The position numbers and the translations under genes are program-made. A DNA stretch of 24,593 bases from an uncultured Bifidobacterium sp. (GTDB lineage Bacteria > Actinomycetota > Acidimicrobiia > Acidimicrobiales > Ilumatobacteraceae). A model generated the notes under the pieces. The model did not search any database. It was not told the DNA's origin and worked only from the letters and a program-made list of their open reading frames with translations. Shown piece after piece: positions 1 to 8,449 of this stretch. Position 1 is the stretch's first letter. Each line of letters begins with the position of its first letter. The DNA is taken from NCBI GenBank assembly GCA_964344425.1, contig CAYFNP010000001.1:1-24593 (forward strand), given 5' to 3'.

Positions 1-429
1 CTTCGAGGCCTGCGTCGCGAGTGTCATATCGGACATCACCGGAACCCAGTGAAACGTCAGGTCCCATGCCGTCTCCGAGGGCGGCGGCGGGCACAACCTC
101 GCGTACCACCGGTAAGTGATGCCGTCGATCTTCTTGAACGAATACGGCCTGTATTGGTCGTCGCTGATGACCGTCGTTCGCCACGTGCATCGGGCCACCG
201 ACGCATCGGCGGGCTCGCCGACATTGACACCCGCCATCAAGGTCCGACCCGAAGCGTCGACGTCGATGCTCGACTCACCGGGAACGCTCGCGGCACGAAC
301 GTCGCGTGGTGCGGTGGGGGAGACGATCGCCCCTGCACCCACGAGAACGGCCGTCAGAAAATGACGCAACCGTTGACGATTTCTCCCGCTCAGCGAGAGA
401 CGCGGGGGGTGAGAACGGCGTTGGTTCAT
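1..429 (-). CDS. Hypothetical secreted/exported protein, partial (continues beyond the left edge); absent from the ORF track
   Basis: My translation from ATG at 429 stays open to base 1: MNQRRSHPPRLSLSGRNRQRLRHFLTAVLVGAGAIVSPTAPRDVRAASVPG...ARCTWRTTVISDDQYRPYSFKKIDGITYRWYARLCPPPPSETAWDLTFHWVPVMSDMTLATQASK. SD AAAGGA (442-437) lies 7 nt upstream. Basic N-region, hydrophobic stretch and VRA/AS cleavage-like site are present. The 116..364 + ORF is its antisense shadow. Confidence 0.7.
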   Translation of the reverse strand, partial: MNQRRSHPPRLSLSGRNRQRLRHFLTAVLVGAGAIVSPTAPRDVRAASVPGESSIDVDASGRTLMAGVNVGEPADASVARCTWRTTVISDDQYRPYSFKKIDGITYRWYARLCPPPPSETAWDLTFHWVPVMSDMTLATQASK

Positions 430-453
430 GGCGCGGTCCTTTCGGCCGGCGCC
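430..453 (-). promoter_or_regulatory. GAAA-capped hairpin enclosing the Shine-Dalgarno of the partial gene
   Basis: Minus strand GGCG-C-CGG-CC-GAAA-GG-A-CCG-CGCC-ATG: 9-bp stem with two 1-nt bulges, containing AAAGGA and ending immediately before the ATG. Confidence 0.45.
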
Positions 454-649
454 CCACCCCTATTGGGACTGACTCGTTCCGGTTGGTCCGGAAAGTGACG
501 AATGTACGAAGACATCAGCATGGCACGGCCTGCTTTCTTTGTGTTGTCGGCTGTTGGCATCGGCGTTGGTGCCGTCGGTCGAATGTGTGCGCTGCACGGG
601 TAGGCTCAACAGACCCCAAATTCGGCCAGATGCAGGTTTCACCGACGAG

Positions 650-2761
650 ATGACCGCCCAGCACCCCGACATTCCCGAGGAACAGGCTCACATCGACCAC
701 GCGTATGCGTGCCTCGAGCAGTCGCGCAACGATGCATGGAAGTTGCGCGACCTCACCGAGCCGGGCCTCGGAGGAACGTTCCAGGCGCGCTACGAGCGTG
801 ACGTCTTCGACGAGGCTCTCCTCAACCGTCTGGCGCAGCTCGACCTTGGCGACGCGGCGCTCGTCTTCGGGCGCATCGACCGCTATGCCGAAAGCCCCGA
901 CAAAGTCGAGAGCTTCCACATCGGCCGCCTTGCCGTGGCCGACGAACAGCGCGAGCCGGTGGTCATCGACTGGCGCGCGCCGGTCGCCGAGCCGTTCTAC
1001 CGAGCCACGGGTCGCGAAACCATGGGCCTGGCCCGCCGCCGACACTTTGCGGTTCACGGGCGCCAGTTGCTCGGCATCGAGGACGAACTCTTCGGCGAGG
1101 GGCACATCGGCGTCGGCGCCGATGTCGGCGACGAACTACCGGTGGGTCTCCGTGGCTACAGCACCCTTCTCGCCGCGCTCGAACGCGGTCGCACCGGGCA
1201 GTTGGGCGACATCGTCGCCACCATTCAGTCGGAGCAGGACGAGATCATTCGCTCGCCCCAACCCGGGGTCCTTGTCGTTCAGGGCGGGCCGGGTACCGGC
1301 AAGACGGTCGTTGCCCTGCACCGCGCGGCTTACCTTCTTTATACGTACCGCTTTCCGCTCGAGGACCAAGGTGTTCTCGTCATCGGGCCGAACCGCGTCT
1401 TCTTGCGCTACATCGAACGCGTTCTGCCGAGCCTCGGCGAGGCGGGGGTCGAACAAGTCGTACTCGGTGACCTCGTACCCGATGTCGAATACGGCGCGGT
1501 CGACACACTTGCCGCGGCGCGGGTCAAGGGCGACGTGCGCATGGCCAAGATGGTTGCAAAGGCGGTGTCCGACCGCGAACGTCCGCTGAAGGACGACCTG
1601 CGACTTCCGTTCGGCGCGGGTTACGTGCGCATCGGGGCGGCGGCAACCGCCGACATCGTGCGTGGTGCGCGACGCAGATACCGGCGCCACAACGCCGCGC
1701 GACGCTGGGTCGAGAACGAGGTTCTCGCGGTGCTCGCAACGTCATGGAACAGGCCCGGGCTGTCGATCGATGAACTTCGTTCTTCGATGCGAACGTTGCC
1801 CGAATACCGCGGCGCCCTCGAGCGGATGTGGCCGGTGCTCACGCCGGCGGAGTTGTTGAACGACCTGTACGGATCCAAGGCGTTGCTCCGTCTCGCGGGG
1901 GAGAAGTACTTCGCCGAGGACGAGTATCTCTCGCTCCACCGTCCGAGAGTGCACGCCATCGAAGATGCGCGCTTCAGCGAGCACGACGTGGCGGTGCTGG
2001 ATGACGCTTTCGAAGTGCTCGGTCCCGTCCCGCGAAAGGGCGGAAAGTCCGATGAAACCGACGAGGTTCGCACCTACGGTCACATCGTTGTCGACGAGGT
2101 GCAGGACCTCACGCCGATGCAACTGCGCATGGTTGCGCGTCGCTCGCTGAACGGATCGATGACGATCGTCGGTGACATCGCACAGGCAACGGGTGCACTC
2201 GCCCCGACGGATTGGCGCGACGTACTCGCGCACCTACCCGACCGCAAACCCGCACGAATCGTCGGCCTTTCGGTTGGCTACCGCATTCCCGGCGCGATCA
2301 TGTCGCTTGCCGACAGGGTGATGGAGGCTGCAGCACCGGGATTGCGCGCCCCGCGATCGGTTCGCGACGGCGGCAGCGCACCCGAGTTCGTGCGGGCCGA
2401 GCAATCACCGGGGCTTGCCGCTGCGGTCGTCGACGCGACGCGCCGACTCGTCGACGAGTTGTCGGGCGGCAACGTCGCCGTCGTGTGTCCCGACCCGATG
2501 GTCGATGCGCTGTCGCGGGAACTGTCGGCGGCCGGAATCGTCCACGGACGCGCCGCTGCAACCGCACTCGACACCGGTGTCACCGTGGTGCCCGTCAGCC
2601 TGGTGAAGGGTCTCGAACTCGATGGCGTGGTCGTAGTCGAACCGACCGACATCGCCGAAACCGAAGGTCTCGGTTTGCGAGCTCTCTACGTTGCCCTCAC
2701 GCGTGCGACACAGCGACTCACGATCGTGCACGCGCGGGAACTTCCCGACTGCATGCGCTAG
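650..2761 (+). CDS. helD: HelD-family RNA polymerase-associated SF1 helicase-like ATPase (about 703 aa)
   Basis: FGRID, IGR and IDWRAPVAEPFY N-terminal motifs; Walker A GGPGTGKT; ALHRAAYLLY; Walker B VVDEVQD; GDIAQ; KGLELD; LYVALTRA. Start moved from 539 to ATG 650 (MTAQHPD); TAGGCT -10-like hexamer at 601-606. Confidence 0.88.
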   Translation: MTAQHPDIPEEQAHIDHAYACLEQSRNDAWKLRDLTEPGLGGTFQARYERDVFDEALLNRLAQLDLGDAALVFGRIDRYAESPDKVESFHIGRLAVADEQREPVVIDWRAPVAEPFYRATGRETMGLARRRHFAVHGRQLLGIEDELFGEGHIGVGADVGDELPVGLRGYSTLLAALERGRTGQLGDIVATIQSEQDEIIRSPQPGVLVVQGGPGTGKTVVALHRAAYLLYTYRFPLEDQGVLVIGPNRVFLRYIERVLPSLGEAGVEQVVLGDLVPDVEYGAVDTLAAARVKGDVRMAKMVAKAVSDRERPLKDDLRLPFGAGYVRIGAAATADIVRGARRRYRRHNAARRWVENEVLAVLATSWNRPGLSIDELRSSMRTLPEYRGALERMWPVLTPAELLNDLYGSKALLRLAGEKYFAEDEYLSLHRPRVHAIEDARFSEHDVAVLDDAFEVLGPVPRKGGKSDETDEVRTYGHIVVDEVQDLTPMQLRMVARRSLNGSMTIVGDIAQATGALAPTDWRDVLAHLPDRKPARIVGLSVGYRIPGAIMSLADRVMEAAAPGLRAPRSVRDGGSAPEFVRAEQSPGLAAAVVDATRRLVDELSGGNVAVVCPDPMVDALSRELSAAGIVHGRAAATALDTGVTVVPVSLVKGLELDGVVVVEPTDIAETEGLGLRALYVALTRATQRLTIVHARELPDCMR

Positions 2762-3207
2762 TTGCCCAGCGAATCGAACTTCTGTCGCAGGGGTTCGACC
2801 GCGAGTCCGAGGAACCGTGTCGCCTTGTCGGCGTCGGCAGGACGCTTGCGTTCAACCGCGGTGGTGTAAAGGCCGACCAAGCGCGTCAGGTCGTCGACGA
2901 TGTCGCTGCCAAGCGGTGCCAGGCGGGGCTGAATGGCCTGCCAGGTTGCCGTGATGTCGGCGAGTTTCGTTCGCGCAAGCGCACTGTCACCCGATGCGAC
3001 GTCGTTTCCCAAGCCCGCACCGATTCGCATGATGTTGTCGAAAAGTTCGTTCACGGTTCCGCGCGGAATGGTGGTCGACGTTTCCACCGGTGCGGTGGTG
3101 GTGGTGAGGTCGCTTTCGATCGTCGTGGCGCAACCGGCCGCCGTGACGACGACGAGTGCGAGCAGGCCGGCGACGGGGCGGCGCATCATTTCGTGGCTGC
3201 GACTCAT
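2758..3207 (-). CDS. Predicted lipoprotein of unknown function (149 aa; Thr-rich linker plus helical domain)
   Basis: Signal MMRRPVAGLLALVVVTAAG-C (lipobox, Cys26) and TTTTAPVETSTT linker. ATG overlaps the upstream regulator's TGA (ATGA, 3204-3207). Confidence 0.8.
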   Translation of the reverse strand: MSRSHEMMRRPVAGLLALVVVTAAGCATTIESDLTTTTAPVETSTTIPRGTVNELFDNIMRIGAGLGNDVASGDSALARTKLADITATWQAIQPRLAPLGSDIVDDLTRLVGLYTTAVERKRPADADKATRFLGLAVEPLRQKFDSLGN

Positions 3208-3872
3208 TCGGCAACGGCGACGAGCAGTCGCGCCGACTCGTACGAACCGACGGTCAGAGCACGACCATCGATCGCAACGTCGACGCTGCCGTCGGGGTTC
3301 GTCGCGGTCACGGTGGCGCGGCGGCCGGGAAGAAGTTGCGACGTCTCAAGGAAGTCGAGAACGCCGGGGGTGAACTCGAGCGTCTCGGGGATGCGCGTGA
3401 CCGTGAATTCGGTTCCTTCGCGAACGTCGGACAATGGGCGAGATGTACCCGAGACGTGACCGCTGCCCGGGATCGGATTTCCGTGCGGACAAGTGGTGGG
3501 GTTGCCGAGCAACCGGACCATCGCACCCTCGATCTCGTCGGACATGACGTGTTCCCACTTGCCGGCCTCGCGGTGCGCGGTTGCCCACGAGAGTCCGAGA
3601 ACGTCGGTGATGAACCTTTCGGCGAGGCGGTGCTTGCGCACGACGCTGATGGCCAGCGACACGCCCACGTCGGTGAGGGAAATCGTCGTGCCGTCGGTGC
3701 GCACGAGTCCCTCGGACTCCATGCGCTTGATCATCTCGGACACTGAAGGACGTGACACCGAGAGACGCTCGGCGATGCGTGCCTGAATTGCGGGTACACC
3801 ATCTTCGTGCAGTTCGTAAACGCACTCGCAGTATTCCTCGAACGCGGGGTGGTGCTCTCCGGGGTGAGGCAT
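3204..3872 (-). CDS. DtxR/IdeR/MntR-family metal-dependent repressor with C-terminal FeoA/SH3-like domain
   Basis: QARIAERL HTH, RKHRLAERF, WEHVMS, NPTTCPHGNPIPG, then a FeoA-like domain. TAGGCT-N6-ATG leaderless signature. No gene symbol given because the metal ligands differ from IdeR. Confidence 0.93.
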   Translation of the reverse strand: MPHPGEHHPAFEEYCECVYELHEDGVPAIQARIAERLSVSRPSVSEMIKRMESEGLVRTDGTTISLTDVGVSLAISVVRKHRLAERFITDVLGLSWATAHREAGKWEHVMSDEIEGAMVRLLGNPTTCPHGNPIPGSGHVSGTSRPLSDVREGTEFTVTRIPETLEFTPGVLDFLETSQLLPGRRATVTATNPDGSVDVAIDGRALTVGSYESARLLVAVAE

Positions 3873-3924
3873 GACCCGAGCCTAGTGACGACCCCGTTGC
3901 ACCCGTGAATTAGCGTCGAAATCA

Positions 3925-6900
3925 GTGCTCGATATTTTTCGTCCAGCCGTCGCCGAATGGTTCGCGTCGTCGTTCCCCGAACCAACCCGACCACAGGCAT
4001 TGGGTTGGCCACGCATCGCGGCGGGCGAACACACGCTCATCTGTGCGCCGACCGGCAGCGGTAAAACGTTGACCGCTTTCTTGTGGTCGATCAACAGACT
4101 CACCGCCGACGCGCCGCCTGCCGGCACCGCAACGCGTGTGATCTACGTCTCGCCACTTCGCGCGCTTGCATTCGACGTCGAGAAGAACCTCCGCGCACCG
4201 CTTGCGGGCATCGCGCTCGCCGCCGAACGTCGGGGCGAGTCGTTCCACGACGTCACCGTCGGACTGCGCACCGGCGACACTCCCGCCCGTGATCGACAGG
4301 CGATGTTGCGTCGACCGCCCGATCTCCTCATCACGACACCCGAATCGCTGTACCTGATGTTGACGTCGCAGGCACGCCGCACGCTTGCCGACGTCGACAC
4401 GGTCATCATCGACGAGATCCATGCACTCGCCGGTACGAAACGCGGCGCCCATCTCATGATGAGCCTCGAACGACTTGCACGGGTGACGAAGGTGCAACCG
4501 CAGCGCATCGGTCTCTCCGCCACCCAACGTCCGCTCGAAGAAACGGCGCGCTTTCTCGGCGGCTACTCCGAAGGACGTCCGCGCGACGTCGCCATTGTCG
4601 ATGCCGGTGTGCGCAAGCCTCTCGAACTCGAGGTCGTGGTACCGGTCGAGGACATGGGGGAGATCGGTCAACCGGTTGTCGAACTCACCAGTGGCCCAGC
4701 CACCGCGGCGTTGACTCCACGTCGCACCAGCATCTGGCCCAGTCTCTATCCGCAGATCCTCGAACAGGTCCTTGCGCACCGCAGCACGATCATCTTCTGC
4801 AACGCACGGCGTCAGGCGGAACGTCTGGCGGCAAATCTGAACGAACTCGCAGTCGAGTCGGGCATGGCCGACGATCTCGTCAAGGCCCACCACGGGTCCC
4901 TCGCCCGCGAACAACGCATCGTCATCGAGGATCAACTGAAGAAGGGCACGTTGCGCGGACTCGTCGCGACGTCGAGCCTTGAACTCGGTATCGACATGGG
5001 TGCGGTCGACCTTGTCATTCAGGTCGAGTCACCCGGTGCCGTCAGCCGCGGATTGCAGCGCATCGGACGCGCCGGACACGGTGTCGGAGAAGCCAGTCGC
5101 GGACGTCTCTTCCCGAAGCACCGCGGTGATCTCGTCGAAACCGCCGTGGTCGCACGTCGCATGGTCGACGGCCTCATCGAATCCACGCGCTACCTTCGCA
5201 ACCCACTCGACGTCCTTGCACAACAGATCGTCGCCGAGGTTGCCATCGCGGGCGAGACCACCGTTGCAGACCTCGCGGTGATGGTGCGCCGTTGTGCGAA
5301 CTTCGCCGAAATATCCGACGAGGTGCTGCACAACGTTCTCGACCTTCTCGCCGGTCGATATCCGAGCGACGAATTCAACGAGTTGCGTCCGCGCCTCGTG
5401 TGGGACCGCGTCGCCGATCGGGTGCGTGCGCGCGACGGGGCGCAACGTCTCGCGGTGACGAACGGAGGCACGATTCCCGACAGGGGTCTCTACGGGGTAT
5501 TTCTGCCCGACGGCACGCGCGTCGGCGAACTCGACGAAGAGATGGTGTACGAGAGTCGTCCGGGGGAGACGTTTCTCCTCGGTGCCTCGACCTGGCGCAT
5601 CGAAGACATCACGCACCAGAAGGTCATCGTCAGCCCCGCGCCGGGAGAGCCGGCGAAAATGCCGTTCTGGCACGGTGACCAACTCGGTCGGCCCGCCGAA
5701 CTCGGACGCGCGGTTGGTGAATTCCAGCGTCGCGTCCGGGAACTCCGCGTCGATGAAGCCCTGGACGAACTGACGACGCGGCACTTTCTCGACGCATTTG
5801 CCGCGAACAACGTGGTCAACTACCTCGCCGAACAGGCCGAGGCGACCGGCGTGGTGCCCGACGACCGCACCATCGTGGTCGAGCGGTTCCGCGACGAACT
5901 CGGCGATTGGCGCATGTGCATCCACTCTCCGTACGGCGTCCCCGTGCACGCGCCATGGGCGATGGCCATCGAACACCACCTGCGCGAACGTCTCGACATG
6001 CCCGTCGACATGATGTACGCCGACGACGGCATCGTTCTGCGTTTGCCCGAGGCTCTCGAGAACCTGCCACTCGAGGATTTGTTGCCCGACCCCGAAACCG
6101 TCGACGAGACGTTGGTTGGTGTCGTGCCCGGCACTGCGCTGTTCGCCGCGCGTTTCCGGGAATGCGCGGGTCGAGCACTGCTGTTGCCACGACGGCGGCC
6201 CGACCAGCGAACACCGCTGTGGCAGCAACGCCAGCGTGCGGCCGATCTGTTGGCCGTTGCCAGCAAATTCCCCGCGTTCCCGATGCTGCTGGAGACCAGC
6301 CGCGAGTGCCTTCAGGACGTTTTCGACCTGCCGGCACTGCGCGAGGTGCTCGCCGACGTCCGGTCACGTCGCATCAAGGTCGTCGCGGTCGACACACCGC
6401 GGCCGTCGCCGTTCGCACAGAGCCTGCTCTTCAACTGGATTGCGATGTACATGTACGGCGGTGACGCGCCGCTCGCCGAGCGTCGCGCGGCGGCCCTGTC
6501 GCTCGACCGCGAACTGTTGAACGAACTTCTCGGTGCCGAGGAACTGCGGGAACTTCTCGACGTCGATGCGATCACCGAGGTCGAGCTTGCGGCGCAGTGC
6601 ATCGCCGATGGCAGGCGCGCGCGGTCGATCGATGAATTGCACGACGTACTGCGCAAGGTCGGTGACCTGTCGCGTGCCGAGATCGACGTGCGTTGCGAAG
6701 TCGGGGTCGCGGGCTTGATCGACGAGCTCGTCGATCAGCGACGCGCGATTTCCGTCGCGGTCGCCGGTGAGCAGCGTTTCGCGGCGGCCGAGGACGCAGC
6801 GCTCTACCGCGATGCGCTCGGCTGCTCGTTGCCGCTCGGATTGCCGCGCGATTTCACCGAACCCGTGGCGCGTCCACTCGAGGCGTTGGTCGCGCGCTTC

Positions 6901-8433
6901 GCCCGCACCCATGCGCCGTTCACCACCGCGGTTGTTGCGTCACGTTTCGCGGTCACCATCGAGCGGGTGCTCGGTGCCCTGCGTGCGCTCGAGGCCGACG
7001 GTCGCGTGGTGTTGGGTGAGTTCCAGCCGCGCGGGGTCGAGCGTGAGTGGTGTGACACCGAGGTTCTGCGCCAGATCCGTCGGCGATCGCTGGCGGCGCT
7101 GCGCCGCGAGATCGAGCCGGTCGAACACGAAACCTTCGCGCGCTTCCTTCCGGCGTGGCACGGAATCGCGACCGCCGCCGACGAACGCACGGCGTCGGGC
7201 CGTGTCACGGGGCGACAGGGTGGACCCGATGCGTTGGTCGACGTCATCCAGATGCTGCAGGGCGTGGCGATCGTGGCGTCGACGCTCGAGAACGACGTCC
7301 TGCCGCAGCGCGTTCGCGGCTACCGCCCGACCGATCTCGACGCCTTGTTCGCGAGTGGCGAGGTGGTGTGGGTCGGGGCCGGCGCCATCGGTTCGAACGA
7401 CGGTCGGATACGCCTCTTCTTTGCCGACCAGATCGACGAGCTCCTCCCCGCGTATGACATTCCCGAGGCGCCATCGGGACAACTTCACGAAGCGATCCGT
7501 CTCGCGCTGCGTCAACGTGGCGCCAGTTTCTGGAACGGAATCGTCGCGGCAACGCCCCAGTCCACTGACGGCGAGCGACTCGCGGCGCTGTGGGACCTGG
7601 TGTGGGCCGGCGAGGTCACCAACGACACGCTGACGCCGCTGCGTTCACTCGTCGGCGGTGCACGCTCGGGGTCGGGCCGTCGTTCGCAACGCCCGACCAA
7701 CCGCCCGCGCTCGATGCGGCTCACACGCGTCGGACCTCCCGCGGGGTCCGGGCGTTGGAGTTTCGTCGGCGACGTGTCCGAAGGCCCCGCCGACGACACA
7801 GAGGCAACCGTCAATCTGCACGCCATCGCGATGCAGATGTTGCAGCGTCACGGCGTGGTTACCCGCGAGGCCGTGCTCGCCGAGGGCGTGAAGGGTGGGT
7901 TCGCCGGTGTGTACGGCGTGCTGAAGGTCCTCGAAGAGCGGGGAAGCGTGCGTCGTGGTTACTTCGTCGATGGCCTCGGGGCCGCGCAGTTCGCGCTGCC
8001 CGGTGCAGTCGACAGGTTGCGGGGGATGCGCGACACCTCGTTCGGGGAATCGGACGCCGATGCGAACGATGCGCTCGTCATTGCAGCAACCGACCCCGCC
8101 CAGCCGTACGGTTCGGTTCTCGGCTGGCCGACCAGCGCCGGGCGGCCGGCCCGCACTGCGTCTGCACTCGTCATCCTGCGCGCCGGTCGACCACTCGCGT
8201 GGTACGACACGCGTTCGGGAAACCTCGTCGTTCTCGGCGATTTCGATGCAGTCGACGCGCGCACCGTGGCTTCTTCGCTTGCAAGGACCGGCAAGGACGG
8301 CCGTGTCCGCAGCGTCACCGTGCGGAAGATCGACGGCTCCGAACCGACCGCGTCGCCGCACGCGGAACTCTTGATCGACGAACTGCGTGCAGCGGGTTTC
8401 GTCGAGGGCTATCGCGGTTACACGCTGCGCTGA
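3925..8433 (+). CDS. lhr: Long-form Lhr SF2 helicase (core plus C-terminal winged-helix/glycosylase-like domain), 1502 aa
   Basis: APTGSGKT, YVSPLRAL, ITTPES, DEIH, SAT, HHGSL, SSLELGID, QRIGRAGH, NGGTIPDRG, PFWHGD; C-terminal RHGVVTRE, RGYFVDGLGAAQFA, ATDPAQPYG. GTG start, TAGCGT 8 nt upstream. Confidence 0.95.
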   Translation: MLDIFRPAVAEWFASSFPEPTRPQALGWPRIAAGEHTLICAPTGSGKTLTAFLWSINRLTADAPPAGTATRVIYVSPLRALAFDVEKNLRAPLAGIALAAERRGESFHDVTVGLRTGDTPARDRQAMLRRPPDLLITTPESLYLMLTSQARRTLADVDTVIIDEIHALAGTKRGAHLMMSLERLARVTKVQPQRIGLSATQRPLEETARFLGGYSEGRPRDVAIVDAGVRKPLELEVVVPVEDMGEIGQPVVELTSGPATAALTPRRTSIWPSLYPQILEQVLAHRSTIIFCNARRQAERLAANLNELAVESGMADDLVKAHHGSLAREQRIVIEDQLKKGTLRGLVATSSLELGIDMGAVDLVIQVESPGAVSRGLQRIGRAGHGVGEASRGRLFPKHRGDLVETAVVARRMVDGLIESTRYLRNPLDVLAQQIVAEVAIAGETTVADLAVMVRRCANFAEISDEVLHNVLDLLAGRYPSDEFNELRPRLVWDRVADRVRARDGAQRLAVTNGGTIPDRGLYGVFLPDGTRVGELDEEMVYESRPGETFLLGASTWRIEDITHQKVIVSPAPGEPAKMPFWHGDQLGRPAELGRAVGEFQRRVRELRVDEALDELTTRHFLDAFAANNVVNYLAEQAEATGVVPDDRTIVVERFRDELGDWRMCIHSPYGVPVHAPWAMAIEHHLRERLDMPVDMMYADDGIVLRLPEALENLPLEDLLPDPETVDETLVGVVPGTALFAARFRECAGRALLLPRRRPDQRTPLWQQRQRAADLLAVASKFPAFPMLLETSRECLQDVFDLPALREVLADVRSRRIKVVAVDTPRPSPFAQSLLFNWIAMYMYGGDAPLAERRAAALSLDRELLNELLGAEELRELLDVDAITEVELAAQCIADGRRARSIDELHDVLRKVGDLSRAEIDVRCEVGVAGLIDELVDQRRAISVAVAGEQRFAAAEDAALYRDALGCSLPLGLPRDFTEPVARPLEALVARFARTHAPFTTAVVASRFAVTIERVLGALRALEADGRVVLGEFQPRGVEREWCDTEVLRQIRRRSLAALRREIEPVEHETFARFLPAWHGIATAADERTASGRVTGRQGGPDALVDVIQMLQGVAIVASTLENDVLPQRVRGYRPTDLDALFASGEVVWVGAGAIGSNDGRIRLFFADQIDELLPAYDIPEAPSGQLHEAIRLALRQRGASFWNGIVAATPQSTDGERLAALWDLVWAGEVTNDTLTPLRSLVGGARSGSGRRSQRPTNRPRSMRLTRVGPPAGSGRWSFVGDVSEGPADDTEATVNLHAIAMQMLQRHGVVTREAVLAEGVKGGFAGVYGVLKVLEERGSVRRGYFVDGLGAAQFALPGAVDRLRGMRDTSFGESDADANDALVIAATDPAQPYGSVLGWPTSAGRPARTASALVILRAGRPLAWYDTRSGNLVVLGDFDAVDARTVASSLARTGKDGRVRSVTVRKIDGSEPTASPHAELLIDELRAAGFVEGYRGYTLR

Positions 8434-8449
8434 GTCTGCGAAGACTCAG
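8430..8449. terminator. Putative bidirectional hairpin between convergent lhr and tetR
   Basis: Perfect CTGAGTCT-GCGA-AGACTCAG (8-bp stem, GNRA loop on +) containing both stop codons; no U-tract. Confidence 0.6.

Noticed and set aside
116-364. 82-aa + strand ORF and the overlapping 49..498 and 306..653 ORFs
   Set aside because: Antisense or alternative-frame shadows of the SD-supported minus-strand gene starting at 429.
430-649. Rifamycin-associated element (RAE) upstream of helD, which would make it HelR
   Set aside because: No GGGGCTTGCGGCAAGGCCC-like 19-bp palindrome on either strand, so it is annotated as generic HelD.
539-649. N-terminal extension of HelD (MCCRLL...) from the ORF track
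   Set aside because: No family similarity; a -10-like hexamer at 601-606 lies inside it; ATG 650 gives a typical N-terminus.
2212-3459. Long Arg-rich ORFs (also 3922..4935, 5029..6228, 7590..8546, 15093..16145, 16663..17673, 21918..22868, 22616..23614)
   Set aside because: They overlap well-supported genes in other frames or strands, have R/A/G/P-biased composition typical of GC-rich shadow frames, and show no motifs.
3873-3924. IdeR/DtxR box or PafBC (TGTCGG-N10-TANNNT) motif in the dtxR-lhr intergenic region
   Set aside because: No TTAGGTTAGGCTAACCTAA-like palindrome, and the hexamer 10 nt upstream of the lhr -10 is CGTTGC. The PafBC check also fails for helD.
3916-3932. Possible LexA (SOS) box at the lhr start (TCGAAA-TCAGT-GCTCGA)
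   Set aside because: It is 17 bp rather than the 16-bp TCGAAC-N4-GTTCGA, with mismatches in both halves.
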